Origin: Limnochordia bacterium
GTDB lineage: Bacteria; Bacillota; Limnochordia; DTU080
Length of the DNA: 64,000 bases
Direction: 5' to 3'
Assembly (NCBI GenBank): GCA_050951545.1
Contig: JBMNJG010000005.1
Location: 288,001-352,000, forward strand
The position numbers and the translations under genes are program-made. The stretch's first letter is position 1, and each line of letters opens with the position of its first letter. Of the stretch, positions 40,417-49,786 are shown piece by piece. Under the pieces are notes generated by a model, which was not told the origin of the DNA, searched no databases, and saw only the letters and a list, made by a program, of their open reading frames with translations.

Positions 40417-40642
40417 GAGTGCCGACTCCTCCCGCTCTGGGATAGCTCCCGCAAGCGCCATTCTGGTTTGGCATGCGAGTTCCTGCATCGGGGATGAACT
40501 GCGAACGTGTACCGTCAGCACCGGATCTAGCCACTTAATAGAAGGAAGTTGCCGAAGTTCCACGTAGTACCTCAAAGCAGGTGCCTCCTGTAGAGGCGCC
40601 CGATGCTTAGAGTGTGGAACGATTGACAAAGGGGTGTCAGCA

Positions 40643-41986
40643 ATGGCTAGTTTGATGGCTGGTGCAGCCACCACAGATATTACGCCTTCACTGGGCGCGT
40701 CGATTGCAGGGTATTTTCATGATCGCAAGGCTGAAGATGTGGACGATCCGTTACATGCCAAAGCAGTGGTCCTAGATAACGGTGAATGCCGGATCGCCAT
40801 GGTCGTACTCGATCTCCTAGGCATATCGGGCGAGTACGTCAAGGCCATTCGGGATCTGGTAACGGAAAGTACAGGTATTCCCGGGGAAAACGTGCTCGTC
40901 GCCTGCACCCACACACACACAGGTCCAACCATTCAGGATATCTACGACTGTAAACACGACGAGGACTACATCAAGTGGATGATAAGGCGCGCCGCTGATG
41001 CGGTCAGCCTCGCTGTGCGTCGCCTACAACCCGCCCGCATTGCCTGGGATGAAGGTGAACAGCCCGATCCACTCTTTTGCCGCCGCTTCCGCATGCGTGA
41101 CGGCAGCGTAAAGATGAACCCTGGGCGTGGGAACCCTGATGCCATAGCTCCCACCAGTCCGATCGACCCAGTGGTTGGTGTGCTATATATTGAAGACGCT
41201 CAGAGGCAGCCTCTGGCCGTTATCGCTCGCTATAGTCTGCACTACGTAGGCACCGACAACAACAACGCTATCTCTGCTGACTACTACGCGCACTTCGCGG
41301 ACGTCATGGGCCGTGTTCTCGGTGCTGGGTGCACCACACTGCTCTTTAACGGCACGTCGGGGCAGATCAACAACGTCGACGTGCAAGGTCCTGCACCACA
41401 GCAGTCTGGAGCCAAACAGGCCCGCAAGGTCGCCATCGCCCTCGCAGGTGAGGTACTCAAGGTCATCGGTCGCATGCGTCTAGTCGACTCTTGTGTACTG
41501 GGTTCGGCATCAGAGAAGATAAAGCTCCCGCGCATGAAGATCACCGCTGAGGATGTAGAGGCTGCCAAGCAAATCCTGGAAACTGGCAAGGCACCTAGCG
41601 ACAAACCCTTTAGCTGGGTCACTGGGCCAATATCCGGCCCCATCCTAAAGATCTGTGCCGAAGACGCCCCGATCCTCGCGGCCATGCCCCCCGAGCTCCC
41701 CAGTGAGGTACAAGTGTTGCGCATCGGCGACTCAGCATGGGTAGGTCTACCGGGCGAGATCTTCACAGAGATCGGAATCGCCATCAGGGCGGGCTCTCCC
41801 ACGCCACACACTTTCGCAGTCGAGCTGGCCAACGACAACCGCGGCTATATCCCAACGGATCATGCTCTGCTCCACGAGGGCGGTTACGAAACGTTCGCCA
41901 ACCGCTGGTCGCCTCTTGGACCAGGCACCGAGGGGGTATTGCGCGAAACGGCACTGAGACTGCTTGAGCAGCTTTTCGAGGCGTAG
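40643..41986 (+). CDS. Ceramidase-like hydrolase
   Basis: DITP, DPLHAKA, CTHTHTGP, ISADY, LPGEIF, GGYET; paralog of 56562-57905. Confidence 0.8.
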   Translation: MASLMAGAATTDITPSLGASIAGYFHDRKAEDVDDPLHAKAVVLDNGECRIAMVVLDLLGISGEYVKAIRDLVTESTGIPGENVLVACTHTHTGPTIQDIYDCKHDEDYIKWMIRRAADAVSLAVRRLQPARIAWDEGEQPDPLFCRRFRMRDGSVKMNPGRGNPDAIAPTSPIDPVVGVLYIEDAQRQPLAVIARYSLHYVGTDNNNAISADYYAHFADVMGRVLGAGCTTLLFNGTSGQINNVDVQGPAPQQSGAKQARKVAIALAGEVLKVIGRMRLVDSCVLGSASEKIKLPRMKITAEDVEAAKQILETGKAPSDKPFSWVTGPISGPILKICAEDAPILAAMPPELPSEVQVLRIGDSAWVGLPGEIFTEIGIAIRAGSPTPHTFAVELANDNRGYIPTDHALLHEGGYETFANRWSPLGPGTEGVLRETALRLLEQLFEA

Positions 41987-42023
41987 AAAAGGGCATCGCA
42001 CCCCATTCACAGGAGTGATTCAC

Positions 42024-44222
42024 ATGGCAGCGTCACTTCCCGTGCTGTTTCCTCAACCCCAGGAAGTCGAAGTAGGTGCGGGTCGCCTACTGCTAACGCA
42101 AGGCAAGACGATTCACTGCAGCATCGTTCTCGCGGCGGGGGCATCCGCTATGGAACGCATGGCCGCCGACGTCGTCCGCGCGGCCATTGGTGCTCGCAGC
42201 GGACTCTGGCCTTCCGTTGTCTCAGGCCAGCCTGCGCCAGGAACCGTACCCATCTGGGTCGGGGAAAGTGCTCGCCCTGCTCTCGAGGCGCTACCTGCAC
42301 CGACGGCTGGTACTGTGGGCGAGGGTTATGTTCTGCAGGTGACTGCCGACGGTGTCGCGATACGCGGTCTCGGAGGCGGAGGCACCCTCTACGGTGCTCA
42401 AACGTTGGCGCAGCTGCTATCTGTAGACGGTGTCGAGCTGACACTGCCGCTGGTCACCATCCGAGACTGGCCGCAGTTTCGCTACCGTGGCCTCTACCTT
42501 GAGTCCAAGTGGGGCCCCGATCGGATGACTCTCTCGGATTGGCAAGACCTAATTGACCATATGGCCTCGCTAAAGATGAACCTTCTCGGCGTGGGTATCT
42601 ATGGATGTTGGAACATCCAGTACGACCAGAAACCCACTGAGTTCATGCTTATTTCGCTCAAGAAGTACCCTGACCTGAAGACGCCCAAGACCATCTCCTA
42701 CTACTCTGCCCGTGAAGCCGCCTGGAAAGCGGTATCGTACCTACCCACCATGTATGAAGAAGACTTCTTCGGAGAGGTCGTGGCCTACGGCAAGCAGCGT
42801 AACGTCACTGTGCGCCCTCACTTCAACAGCTTAGGGCACAATACCCTGATCCCGCGCCTGTACCCGGAGATCTCCGCGCGCGATGCACAGGGATGGCCCA
42901 CAGGCTATGGCTTCTGCCTTAGTAATCCGGCCACGTTGGAGACCATGAATGAGATCGTTACAGAGATCGCAGATCGCTACCTGCTTCCACATGGTGTGGA
43001 TTACTTCCATCTTGGCCTCGATGAAGTCTGGGACATGATCGGAGTCTATCCGCACCACCCGCAGCGCAGAGTGAGTCCGTGGTGTGAGTGCGAGCATTGC
43101 CGCAAGCAAGAGCGTCATGTGCTGATCACCGAGTATGTGTTAGGGCTACTCACTGCGCTTAAGGCCGCAGGCATGCGCCATATAACACTCTGGCACGATC
43201 AGCTAAACAAGATGGGCGTGCTAAGCGAGGAGTTCGTCCAGCAGCTGGAACTCCGAGGACTCAAAAACAATGTGATCCTCAACTGGTGGACCTACGGGGT
43301 GAAGCCGTTTGATACCATTCGCCCAGAGCTGGGGCTGCGACGCTTCGTGACGCCGATGACGGGCTACTACTTCTGGTCGCCTTATCGTAGCAACCTCATC
43401 AACATCGAGAGCCTGAGCAGGGTAGGCGCTACGCAAGGCGCAGAAGGTCTGGAAGCCTACTGCACGCACGACGAAGCCTTCGATGGCCAACAGCGCCTCC
43501 TGGCAGATTGCGGCTGGAACATGGGTGCGGTAAGCGATGTCGCCAGCTGGCAGGAGAAGTACGCTCGCTACGTCTTTGGACATGCCTGGGAATCCGGGCT
43601 GGAGGCGTTGAAGGCCTTTGATCAGATAAGCACCCCGGGAAGCCATCTGGGCCTCATCTGGCAGCTCTCGTCGTATCCCTACACCTACGTGTCTGCTGAG
43701 CGTGACTACCCGCGGCAGTACCCGCAAGAGCCCCTGCGTCGCCTGATTGCCGACCCCGCGGCTCCCGACAAGCTGGCTGCAGGCGTGAAGGCGGCCTCAG
43801 AGGCCAGGTCCAAACTCGAGGATCTGCTGCACGCTGGCATTCCGCACTATAACCTGGCTGCTCAGCTTGTAGCAGAAGCTTGGCGTTCAGAGGGTCTGGT
43901 ACGCATCTTCGAGCATCTGCTCAACATGCATACGAGCTACTGCAAAGCCCGCGAAGCGCGTGCTGCGGGCCAACATCAAGAGGCGACAACTGCCCTGCAG
44001 TATGCCCGCGGCCAAGTGATTCGAGCTATGCAACTACAGGAGCGCGTAGCAGTGGAGCTGGAAGAGACCAAAGCCAAATACCTGCTCCCGCAGATAATGC
44101 GTGAGTGGAGCACAGTAAGGCCTTTTCTGATCTCGACCTTGGCCTTCTTGCGCGAGCAACTGGCTACTGACACCGACACAGAGTTACCTGCTCCGGAGTG
44201 GGCGGATCTACCTTCTGCCTAG
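42024..44222 (+). CDS. GH20-like glycoside hydrolase
   Basis: PQPQ, EGYVL, YGAQTLAQL, IRDWPQFRYRG, catalytic-type FHLGLDE. Confidence 0.78.
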   Translation: MAASLPVLFPQPQEVEVGAGRLLLTQGKTIHCSIVLAAGASAMERMAADVVRAAIGARSGLWPSVVSGQPAPGTVPIWVGESARPALEALPAPTAGTVGEGYVLQVTADGVAIRGLGGGGTLYGAQTLAQLLSVDGVELTLPLVTIRDWPQFRYRGLYLESKWGPDRMTLSDWQDLIDHMASLKMNLLGVGIYGCWNIQYDQKPTEFMLISLKKYPDLKTPKTISYYSAREAAWKAVSYLPTMYEEDFFGEVVAYGKQRNVTVRPHFNSLGHNTLIPRLYPEISARDAQGWPTGYGFCLSNPATLETMNEIVTEIADRYLLPHGVDYFHLGLDEVWDMIGVYPHHPQRRVSPWCECEHCRKQERHVLITEYVLGLLTALKAAGMRHITLWHDQLNKMGVLSEEFVQQLELRGLKNNVILNWWTYGVKPFDTIRPELGLRRFVTPMTGYYFWSPYRSNLINIESLSRVGATQGAEGLEAYCTHDEAFDGQQRLLADCGWNMGAVSDVASWQEKYARYVFGHAWESGLEALKAFDQISTPGSHLGLIWQLSSYPYTYVSAERDYPRQYPQEPLRRLIADPAAPDKLAAGVKAASEARSKLEDLLHAGIPHYNLAAQLVAEAWRSEGLVRIFEHLLNMHTSYCKAREARAAGQHQEATTALQYARGQVIRAMQLQERVAVELEETKAKYLLPQIMREWSTVRPFLISTLAFLREQLATDTDTELPAPEWADLPSA

Positions 44223-44228
44223 AGTAAA

Positions 44229-44264
44229 GATGACGCTCGCCGATTAGGCGGGCGTCATCCTTTC
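44229..44264 (+). terminator. Intrinsic terminator
   Basis: GATGACGCTCGCC-GATTA-GGCGGGCGTCATC then CTTTC. Confidence 0.7.
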
Positions 44265-44377
44265 ACAACCTCATGCCCTTGCCGCTCTGCGTGAAGGATC
44301 GGGCCGTCTGATAGCGTACGTGGCCGCGTTGCCAGGCGGGTGGACAGAAAAACCATGGAGCCGCAGGCAGCGGCCCC

Positions 44378-44728
44378 TTACTTAGTACCATCAGCCGAAA
44401 GACCGTGGCTAACGCGTAGCGCCTCCAAGGTCGTTACTGCCTCCTCTTGTGTCACATCAAGCATCGGAATTCGCCTCTCCTGAAGAGCACGTACAAGAAT
44501 GTGGGTAGGAATACGATACAGCTCGGCGACTTCACCCACCGATAGGTCACGCCTTAAGTAGCGTTGCACCGCAGCTTCGATCTTCTTTTCCATGACTCCA
44601 CGCAGGAGAGCTTCTTTCAGAAGGGATGCTTCGGAGGAGGCTGAGAGTAGCGTAGTGAGGTAAGCCATCTCGTCGGCCTCCTGTTGCGAGAGGCGAATGG
44701 ACTTTGTAAAGGTCTTTCTCACGGTCAC
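44378..44728 (-). CDS. UPF0175-like small DNA-binding protein (putative antitoxin)
   Basis: SIRL N-terminal strand, AVQRY..LSVGEVAEL..LQERRIP pattern; GGAGGAG RBS. Confidence 0.55.
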   Translation of the reverse strand: MTVRKTFTKSIRLSQQEADEMAYLTTLLSASSEASLLKEALLRGVMEKKIEAAVQRYLRRDLSVGEVAELYRIPTHILVRALQERRIPMLDVTQEEAVTTLEALRVSHGLSADGTK

Positions 44729-44943
44729 TCAACTCCTCCATGCATACGGTCAATCGCGCGCGTGGCAAGGTCGATCAAGGCAGCACTGGTAACCCAACGC
44801 ATGTCGCTTACTATGCGTCGCCCTCGGTCGGGGTGCATCATGCCTTTTTCCACAAGCAGAATGACCAAGTGTGGTACCGACACAGCTGATACGCCAAGTT
44901 CCCAGGAACGGGTAAACGGACGGTAGTCGCTAGGTACCGACAC
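44725..44943 (-). pseudogene. Possible C-terminal fragment of a PIN-like toxin
   Basis: 72-aa ORF coupled (GTGA overlap) to the UPF0175-like gene; weak resemblance only. Confidence 0.3.
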
Positions 44944-46624
44944 TCACGGTGGTGAGACCTTCTCCTGGTACCAGACAAGGAAGTCCAGCCTGGTGATCAG
45001 CCACTTCCCGCCGATATGGCGCAGTTCGGCTTTCAGAGGCGAGGCGCGTTTCCAATCGTAATCCGGATATCCGTCTACCGTATACCTGTCCATATAGGCA
45101 CCACTAGCGGTGGCGCTCCCACCAGTCACCTCTATGGTTCGTGCCGTTAGCTGAGCCGCCGAGTAGGTCCAGGTACCGAAGCTGAACCAGGCATCAATGA
45201 ACTCACTGTTTGCGTGATATTCTACAGAATATGGAGTCTCATCACTGCCCTCCCAGGAAATAGAACTCTCTAGCGTGAGTTTCCTAGTTATGAGTCGCAA
45301 GGGCCCGGAAACTGCTTAGGTATGGGCCTTTTCGGCTATGGCGGTGTATTACCACACCTCGGGGCAAAGCGCTCCAAGCCTAGGGTGGCGAAAAGCGTCT
45401 TTTGCTGCTGGTTCATCTGCGACAGCGTGAGGTGATCCTGGATGTTCATTTGTGGCGGGTAGATGTGCGCCACCTCGGCGATGCCCTCAAGGCTCTCAAG
45501 CAAGGCGGGAATGCTCTTGGGTGCCTGTTCTGCTTTGTTGGCCGCCGTGAATTGGTGGCAGACCTCTCGCCATAGTAGCGAGCTAAGAGTCAGGGCGATT
45601 ACGCAGTAAAACGCATGCACGCGGATCATCGAATCTGTCCAGTGGAACATGGGGCTCCAGCCGACGAAATGCGGATCCTTCATCTGCTTGAAAGCGTCTT
45701 CGATATGAAACTGTCCGCGATAGGCAGCAAGAATCTCTTCGTTGGTCCAGTCCTGGTTGTCGCTGAAGAGAATCAGTTTGCCAAAGCGCTGCTCAACCAT
45801 GGCATTGATGGACTGCTGGTCGATCTCAAAGACCAGCTCAGGCACAATATCGCCGCCGGTGAGCTTGGTTTGAATGACAGCTCGAACCTCCGGGTCTTTG
45901 AGAATGTCACTAACTTGTTTTTCAATGCTTTCGTAGGTGGGGGCTCGGCCACTCTTAACTTCCCCGACGCGGCGTCGCTCGAGCTTCTTGCATAGCTCTC
46001 GCAATGCCTTCTCGGCCTTTTTCAGTTTTGTCAATAATCCTTGCTGCTGCCCCAACGAACGTGCCGGGTTGAAAACCACCACTACGGTGCGCTCTTTGCC
46101 CATCACGAGCCGGCGAGTTCGAAAGGCTTTGTGGCCAATGTATTCGCCTTTCATGGGCCCAAAACTCACGGATGCCTGTGCCAGTAGATCCAGGTGCTGA
46201 CTGGGCGACAAAGAGCCGACAACGTGGTAGGAAGCTTGCGCATCAAAGGCCTGTTGGTTGCTCTTGGAGTTGTTGCCCTTATCCCAGACGATGGTGATGT
46301 GCTCGCAGTGTTTGGCGAGTAGCTTGTAGCGCTCCACAAGCTGTTCGGTGACGGAGGCGAACTGAACTGCGTCTGGTCTGTTGCCGGGATACACGTCGTG
46401 GAAGAGGGGGATGTGGTAATCCATAGTAACCATAAGTGCAAGACTTATCTGCCTAGGTCAGGCACCAACACCTGCTCGAGGTAGACGACGTCCTCTTTGA
46501 CTATGGCCTGCATCACCTGGTTGAGGACCTTATCGATCTCTTCTTTTCCATCCACGCGGCGCCCAATGCAGCCCGTCGAAATCAAGACGAGCCCCAGCAC
46601 CAACACCAGCAGCAGCCTTCGCAT
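44944..46624 (-). pseudogene. NTF2/SnoaL-like lipoprotein split by IS1634 remnant
   Basis: N-half (LISTGC..VLVPDL, 46453-46624) and C-half (LESS.., 44944-45273) rejoin at CTAG into a full paralog of 46831-47301. Confidence 0.88.
45274..46452 (-). mobile_element. IS1634-family element, 5'-truncated (transposase ORF 45336-46433)
   Basis: QISLALMVT..IPLFHDVYPGN, IVWDKG, YRGQFHIEDAFKQMK, PMFHWTD..IRVHAFYC; flanked by CTAG at 45270-45273 and 46453-46456. Confidence 0.88.
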
Positions 46625-46782
46625 GATCAGCGCCTCCCTTTTGAGGTGCCTCACTGGTATCTCGCGACCAACTCCGTATATCGCGATGACCCGCAGTCGA
46701 AGCTGATACACTTGCTGGGTATCGCACCCTTTGGACGATGCCGCATCCCCCTTCATGACTCAAATTCCGTCGCCACACAGCG
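46625..46782 (-). repeat. Conserved 5' leader, copy A (copy B at 47302-47455)
   Basis: Direct alignment of the two upstream regions; part of a tandem duplication including the lipoprotein 5' end. Confidence 0.85.
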
Positions 46783-46830
46783 ATAATGGCGGGGATATCG
46801 AGCCCCGTCGCCTACTGCTCTATATGTGGC

Positions 46831-47301
46831 CTACAAATCCACAAGATGAAAGAACTCAAGTTTGGTGACCTTCCACTTCCCACCGATGTAGCGCAGTTCT
46901 GCCCGCAGTGGTGATTCGCGTCTCCAATCTTCAGGCTTACACTCACGCGTGTCGCCATAGACGCCCTCAGCAGTGGCACTGTCACCCGTCACCTCTATGA
47001 TTCGCGCCGTCAGCTGAGCTGCCGTGTAGTTCCATGTCCCGAACTGATAGAAGCCGTGCAAAAACCCCATGTTTGTGTCATATCCCCAGTTAAATGGTTC
47101 TCCATGGACAGTCTCGGTAAGGGAGCTCTCGAGGTCAGGCACCAACACCTGCTCCAAGTAGACGACGTCCTCTTTAACGATGGCCTGCATCACCTGGTTA
47201 AGGACCTTGTCGATCTCTTCTTTCCCATCCACGCGACGCCCAATGCAGCCCGTCGAAACCAAGACGAGCCCGAGCGCCAACACCAGCAACAGCCTTCGCA
47301 T
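46831..47301 (-). CDS. NTF2/SnoaL-like lipoprotein, intact copy
   Basis: Lipobox LVSTGC; helix pair then beta strands ending GGKWKVTKLEF; GGGAGG RBS. Fold assignment is inference. Confidence 0.8.
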   Translation of the reverse strand: MRRLLLVLALGLVLVSTGCIGRRVDGKEEIDKVLNQVMQAIVKEDVVYLEQVLVPDLESSLTETVHGEPFNWGYDTNMGFLHGFYQFGTWNYTAAQLTARIIEVTGDSATAEGVYGDTRECKPEDWRRESPLRAELRYIGGKWKVTKLEFFHLVDL

Positions 47302-47489
47302 GATCAGCGCCTCCCTTTTGAGGTGCCTTTCTGGTATCGCGACCAACCCCTATGCCGCGATGACCCGCAGTAGAAGCTGATACACTTGCTGGGCATCGGA
47401 CCCTTTGGACGAATCTGCATCCCCTCTCAGGAATCGAATACCGTCGCCCCACAGCCACGGAAGCGTAGGCGTCGATTATGGATCGCGAT

Positions 47490-47517
47490 ATTCTACCGGT
47501 TATCGAAGCATTCCTTC
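47490..47517 (-). promoter_or_regulatory. sigmaH-like promoter
   Basis: Minus strand GAAGGAATG-N14-AGAAT upstream of the lipoprotein leader. Confidence 0.5.
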
Positions 47518-47619
47518 TAGATATAGGGAAGTTAGCGCCATGACGGTAGCCTAGTCTGAAAGGGGGGCCGCTCGATGCAGCGCCCCCCTGTTACAGACTC
47601 TTGCCTCGCTAACCCGCAT

Positions 47620-48564
47620 CTAGCTCGGGGCCAGCTCAGGCCACACTCTGGCCAGTTCTGCCGCTGTGACATAACCGCAACCGATTTCTGATAGGGCGTC
47701 CAGGAGCACCCCAAGCTGCGTGACGGCGGTCTCGCCGCAGCCTTCCACAATGAACGGATCGGGGATCACGCTTCCTTCTCCGTAGTGAATAGGGCCTTGA
47801 GGCATGGGCGCAAACTCCCACGGGTGCATGTAGAAACAGAGAACGAGAGGTACTCCCGCTGGTAGCCTAGCGTCTGCATAGGCAATGAAGCGCTTCACGC
47901 TTTGCATCAGTGCATGAGCGCCCTGTGTCCGAAACACTGGCCACTGGTCAGCGTCCCGCCCATAGACATCCTTCTTGGGCTGACTAATGTCCGCGAAGTT
48001 GGGAACTTCCAGAACGGGTAGATCACCCTCGCGGGTCCAATCATCGGCAGCCGGGTAATACGGAGCCAGACGCTCACGGTAGTAGTACAAAGGATAGGAA
48101 GCATCAGCTATATACCCTAGTTCAGCCAGGGCCCGCAGCACAGCAGAGCTGCCCCACAGCCGCGGACTGCGAAACGATAGCACCTTGCTGCCACATGCAT
48201 CCTCTACCAGCTCGGTGGCTCGCCGGATGCGCAGAGGCACCTCTTCGGGCAGGAGCGGGTACACTCCTGGTATAGGAAAAAGCGGATCGCCCACGGTCTC
48301 ATGGTAGAGCGAGTGGCAGCCCACCTCATGACCTGCCTGAAGCACAGAGCGTACGACCTCGGGGTGGGCACGAGCGGCATCCCCTACGAAAAAGAACGTG
48401 CCAGTAGCATTCTTTTTCTGCAGCAGCTCTAGAATACGTGGCGTGCCCTCCGTCAATCCCGTGTAGAAGGGCGTCCAACTGCCGACATCCGTCTCCATGT
48501 CAAAGCCTAAGAGCACGAGCAGCTGTCGCTGAGCTGGCCTGAGCTCTTCATCGGTTGGCATCAA
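47620..48564 (-). CDS. Polysaccharide deacetylase (CE4/NodB family)
   Basis: GFDME, ATGTFFFVG, HEVGCHSLYH, FRSP, YMHPWE. Confidence 0.88.
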   Translation of the reverse strand: MMPTDEELRPAQRQLLVLLGFDMETDVGSWTPFYTGLTEGTPRILELLQKKNATGTFFFVGDAARAHPEVVRSVLQAGHEVGCHSLYHETVGDPLFPIPGVYPLLPEEVPLRIRRATELVEDACGSKVLSFRSPRLWGSSAVLRALAELGYIADASYPLYYYRERLAPYYPAADDWTREGDLPVLEVPNFADISQPKKDVYGRDADQWPVFRTQGAHALMQSVKRFIAYADARLPAGVPLVLCFYMHPWEFAPMPQGPIHYGEGSVIPDPFIVEGCGETAVTQLGVLLDALSEIGCGYVTAAELARVWPELAPS

Positions 48565-48588
48565 GATGACCCCTTTCTGCGCTAAGAC

Positions 48589-49755
48589 CTATACTCCAAT
48601 CTCATGGATCTGCATATGACGACTGGAGAAAGGCTCCACGCCCGAAGCCGTGATGCGCACACCGTTTTCCCAACGCAACCCGAAGTCATCGCCCTGCAGG
48701 AATGTATCGACCTGGAAGGTCATGTTTTCCTCCAGCAAGTACTCCGAGGTGGTCTCAATCCAAGGACGCTCGACCTCCATCATGCCCAGGCCGTGGCAGG
48801 GCCCGTACAAGAGGTTGTCGGAAACGCCAAGCTGCTCCATGAACGCATAAAAACGTGTGGCTACCTCTTTCGCTGGCACGCCAGCCCGCATCCACTGCAT
48901 CGTCTGGCGATGCCCCTCTAGGCCAGCCTCCATCAGACGCCGAGCCTCTGCTGATACCTTCCCCACGGCGACCGGGCAACCTACGCTTGATGAATAACCC
49001 CCGACTCGGGCGCCAATGTTCAGCTGCAGAAGCTCACCAGCTTGAATACGCCGTGCCGAAGGCCTAGATATCGCGTGACGGGAGTTGGGGCCCGACAGCA
49101 CATACAGGGGATGGCCCTCGTACTCGGCACCACGAGCGTAAATGGCCTTCTGGGCAACACCGACAATCTCTAGTTCGCTCATGCCTGGACGAATGACCTC
49201 GAGTACCTCATCCAGGGCTTCCTCACTAATCGTAAAGGCCTTCTGCAGCAAGGTTATCTCAGCGGGACTCTTCTTACTGCGTAGGCTAAACAGAATGTCA
49301 TCTGCCTTTTCCAGTTTCACTGCAGGCAGCGTCCTCCGCAAAGCATCGTAGACGGGAAGGGCCAGCAAAGCATAACCAGCGATACCCAGACGACGCAAGG
49401 GACGATTCCCAAGGGCTTCTGCGAAGACCTCAGGGAAGCTGGAAACAGCCACACCCGGGTAGTCCGGTTCTGCAGATTCTCGGTACTCAATCATCTTGCG
49501 GATGCGCTTGATCTTGCTTCTGTCTGCTGCGAAAGCCTCGCTTTCGGGGCCTATGAGAAGAGTGGGCTCTCCTTCCGCGGGGACCAACACGCCAGCGGTC
49601 TCAAACAACGGCCAGTAATCGCTTAGGTACCTAACATTGGCGAAGTCGGCTTCGTGGGAGTGAACCAGTAGAGCGTCTAGTCCTTTCTGCTGCACCTGCT
49701 TTTGTACTCGGGCAGTTCTCTCTGCAAACTCGGACGCTGGCAACTGCAAATTCAC
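48589..49755 (-). CDS. M24 family Xaa-Pro peptidase-like protein
   Basis: Creatinase N-domain, KSPAEI, HGLGM..E.P, GLRWENGVRIT; some canonical metal ligands appear substituted. Confidence 0.85.
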   Translation of the reverse strand: MNLQLPASEFAERTARVQKQVQQKGLDALLVHSHEADFANVRYLSDYWPLFETAGVLVPAEGEPTLLIGPESEAFAADRSKIKRIRKMIEYRESAEPDYPGVAVSSFPEVFAEALGNRPLRRLGIAGYALLALPVYDALRRTLPAVKLEKADDILFSLRSKKSPAEITLLQKAFTISEEALDEVLEVIRPGMSELEIVGVAQKAIYARGAEYEGHPLYVLSGPNSRHAISRPSARRIQAGELLQLNIGARVGGYSSSVGCPVAVGKVSAEARRLMEAGLEGHRQTMQWMRAGVPAKEVATRFYAFMEQLGVSDNLLYGPCHGLGMMEVERPWIETTSEYLLEENMTFQVDTFLQGDDFGLRWENGVRITASGVEPFSSRHMQIHEIGV

Positions 49756-49786
49756 TTCAGATCAACTCCTCTTCGGGTAATCTCGT

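Noticed and set aside
44944-47301. Diversity-generating retroelement behind lipoprotein variation
   Set aside because: No reverse transcriptase; differences include indels and are not adenine-specific.
46625-47455. Known riboswitch (c-di-GMP, c-di-AMP) or integron attC site
   Set aside because: Conserved core motifs were not recognised and no integrase is present; kept only as an unknown candidate RNA.
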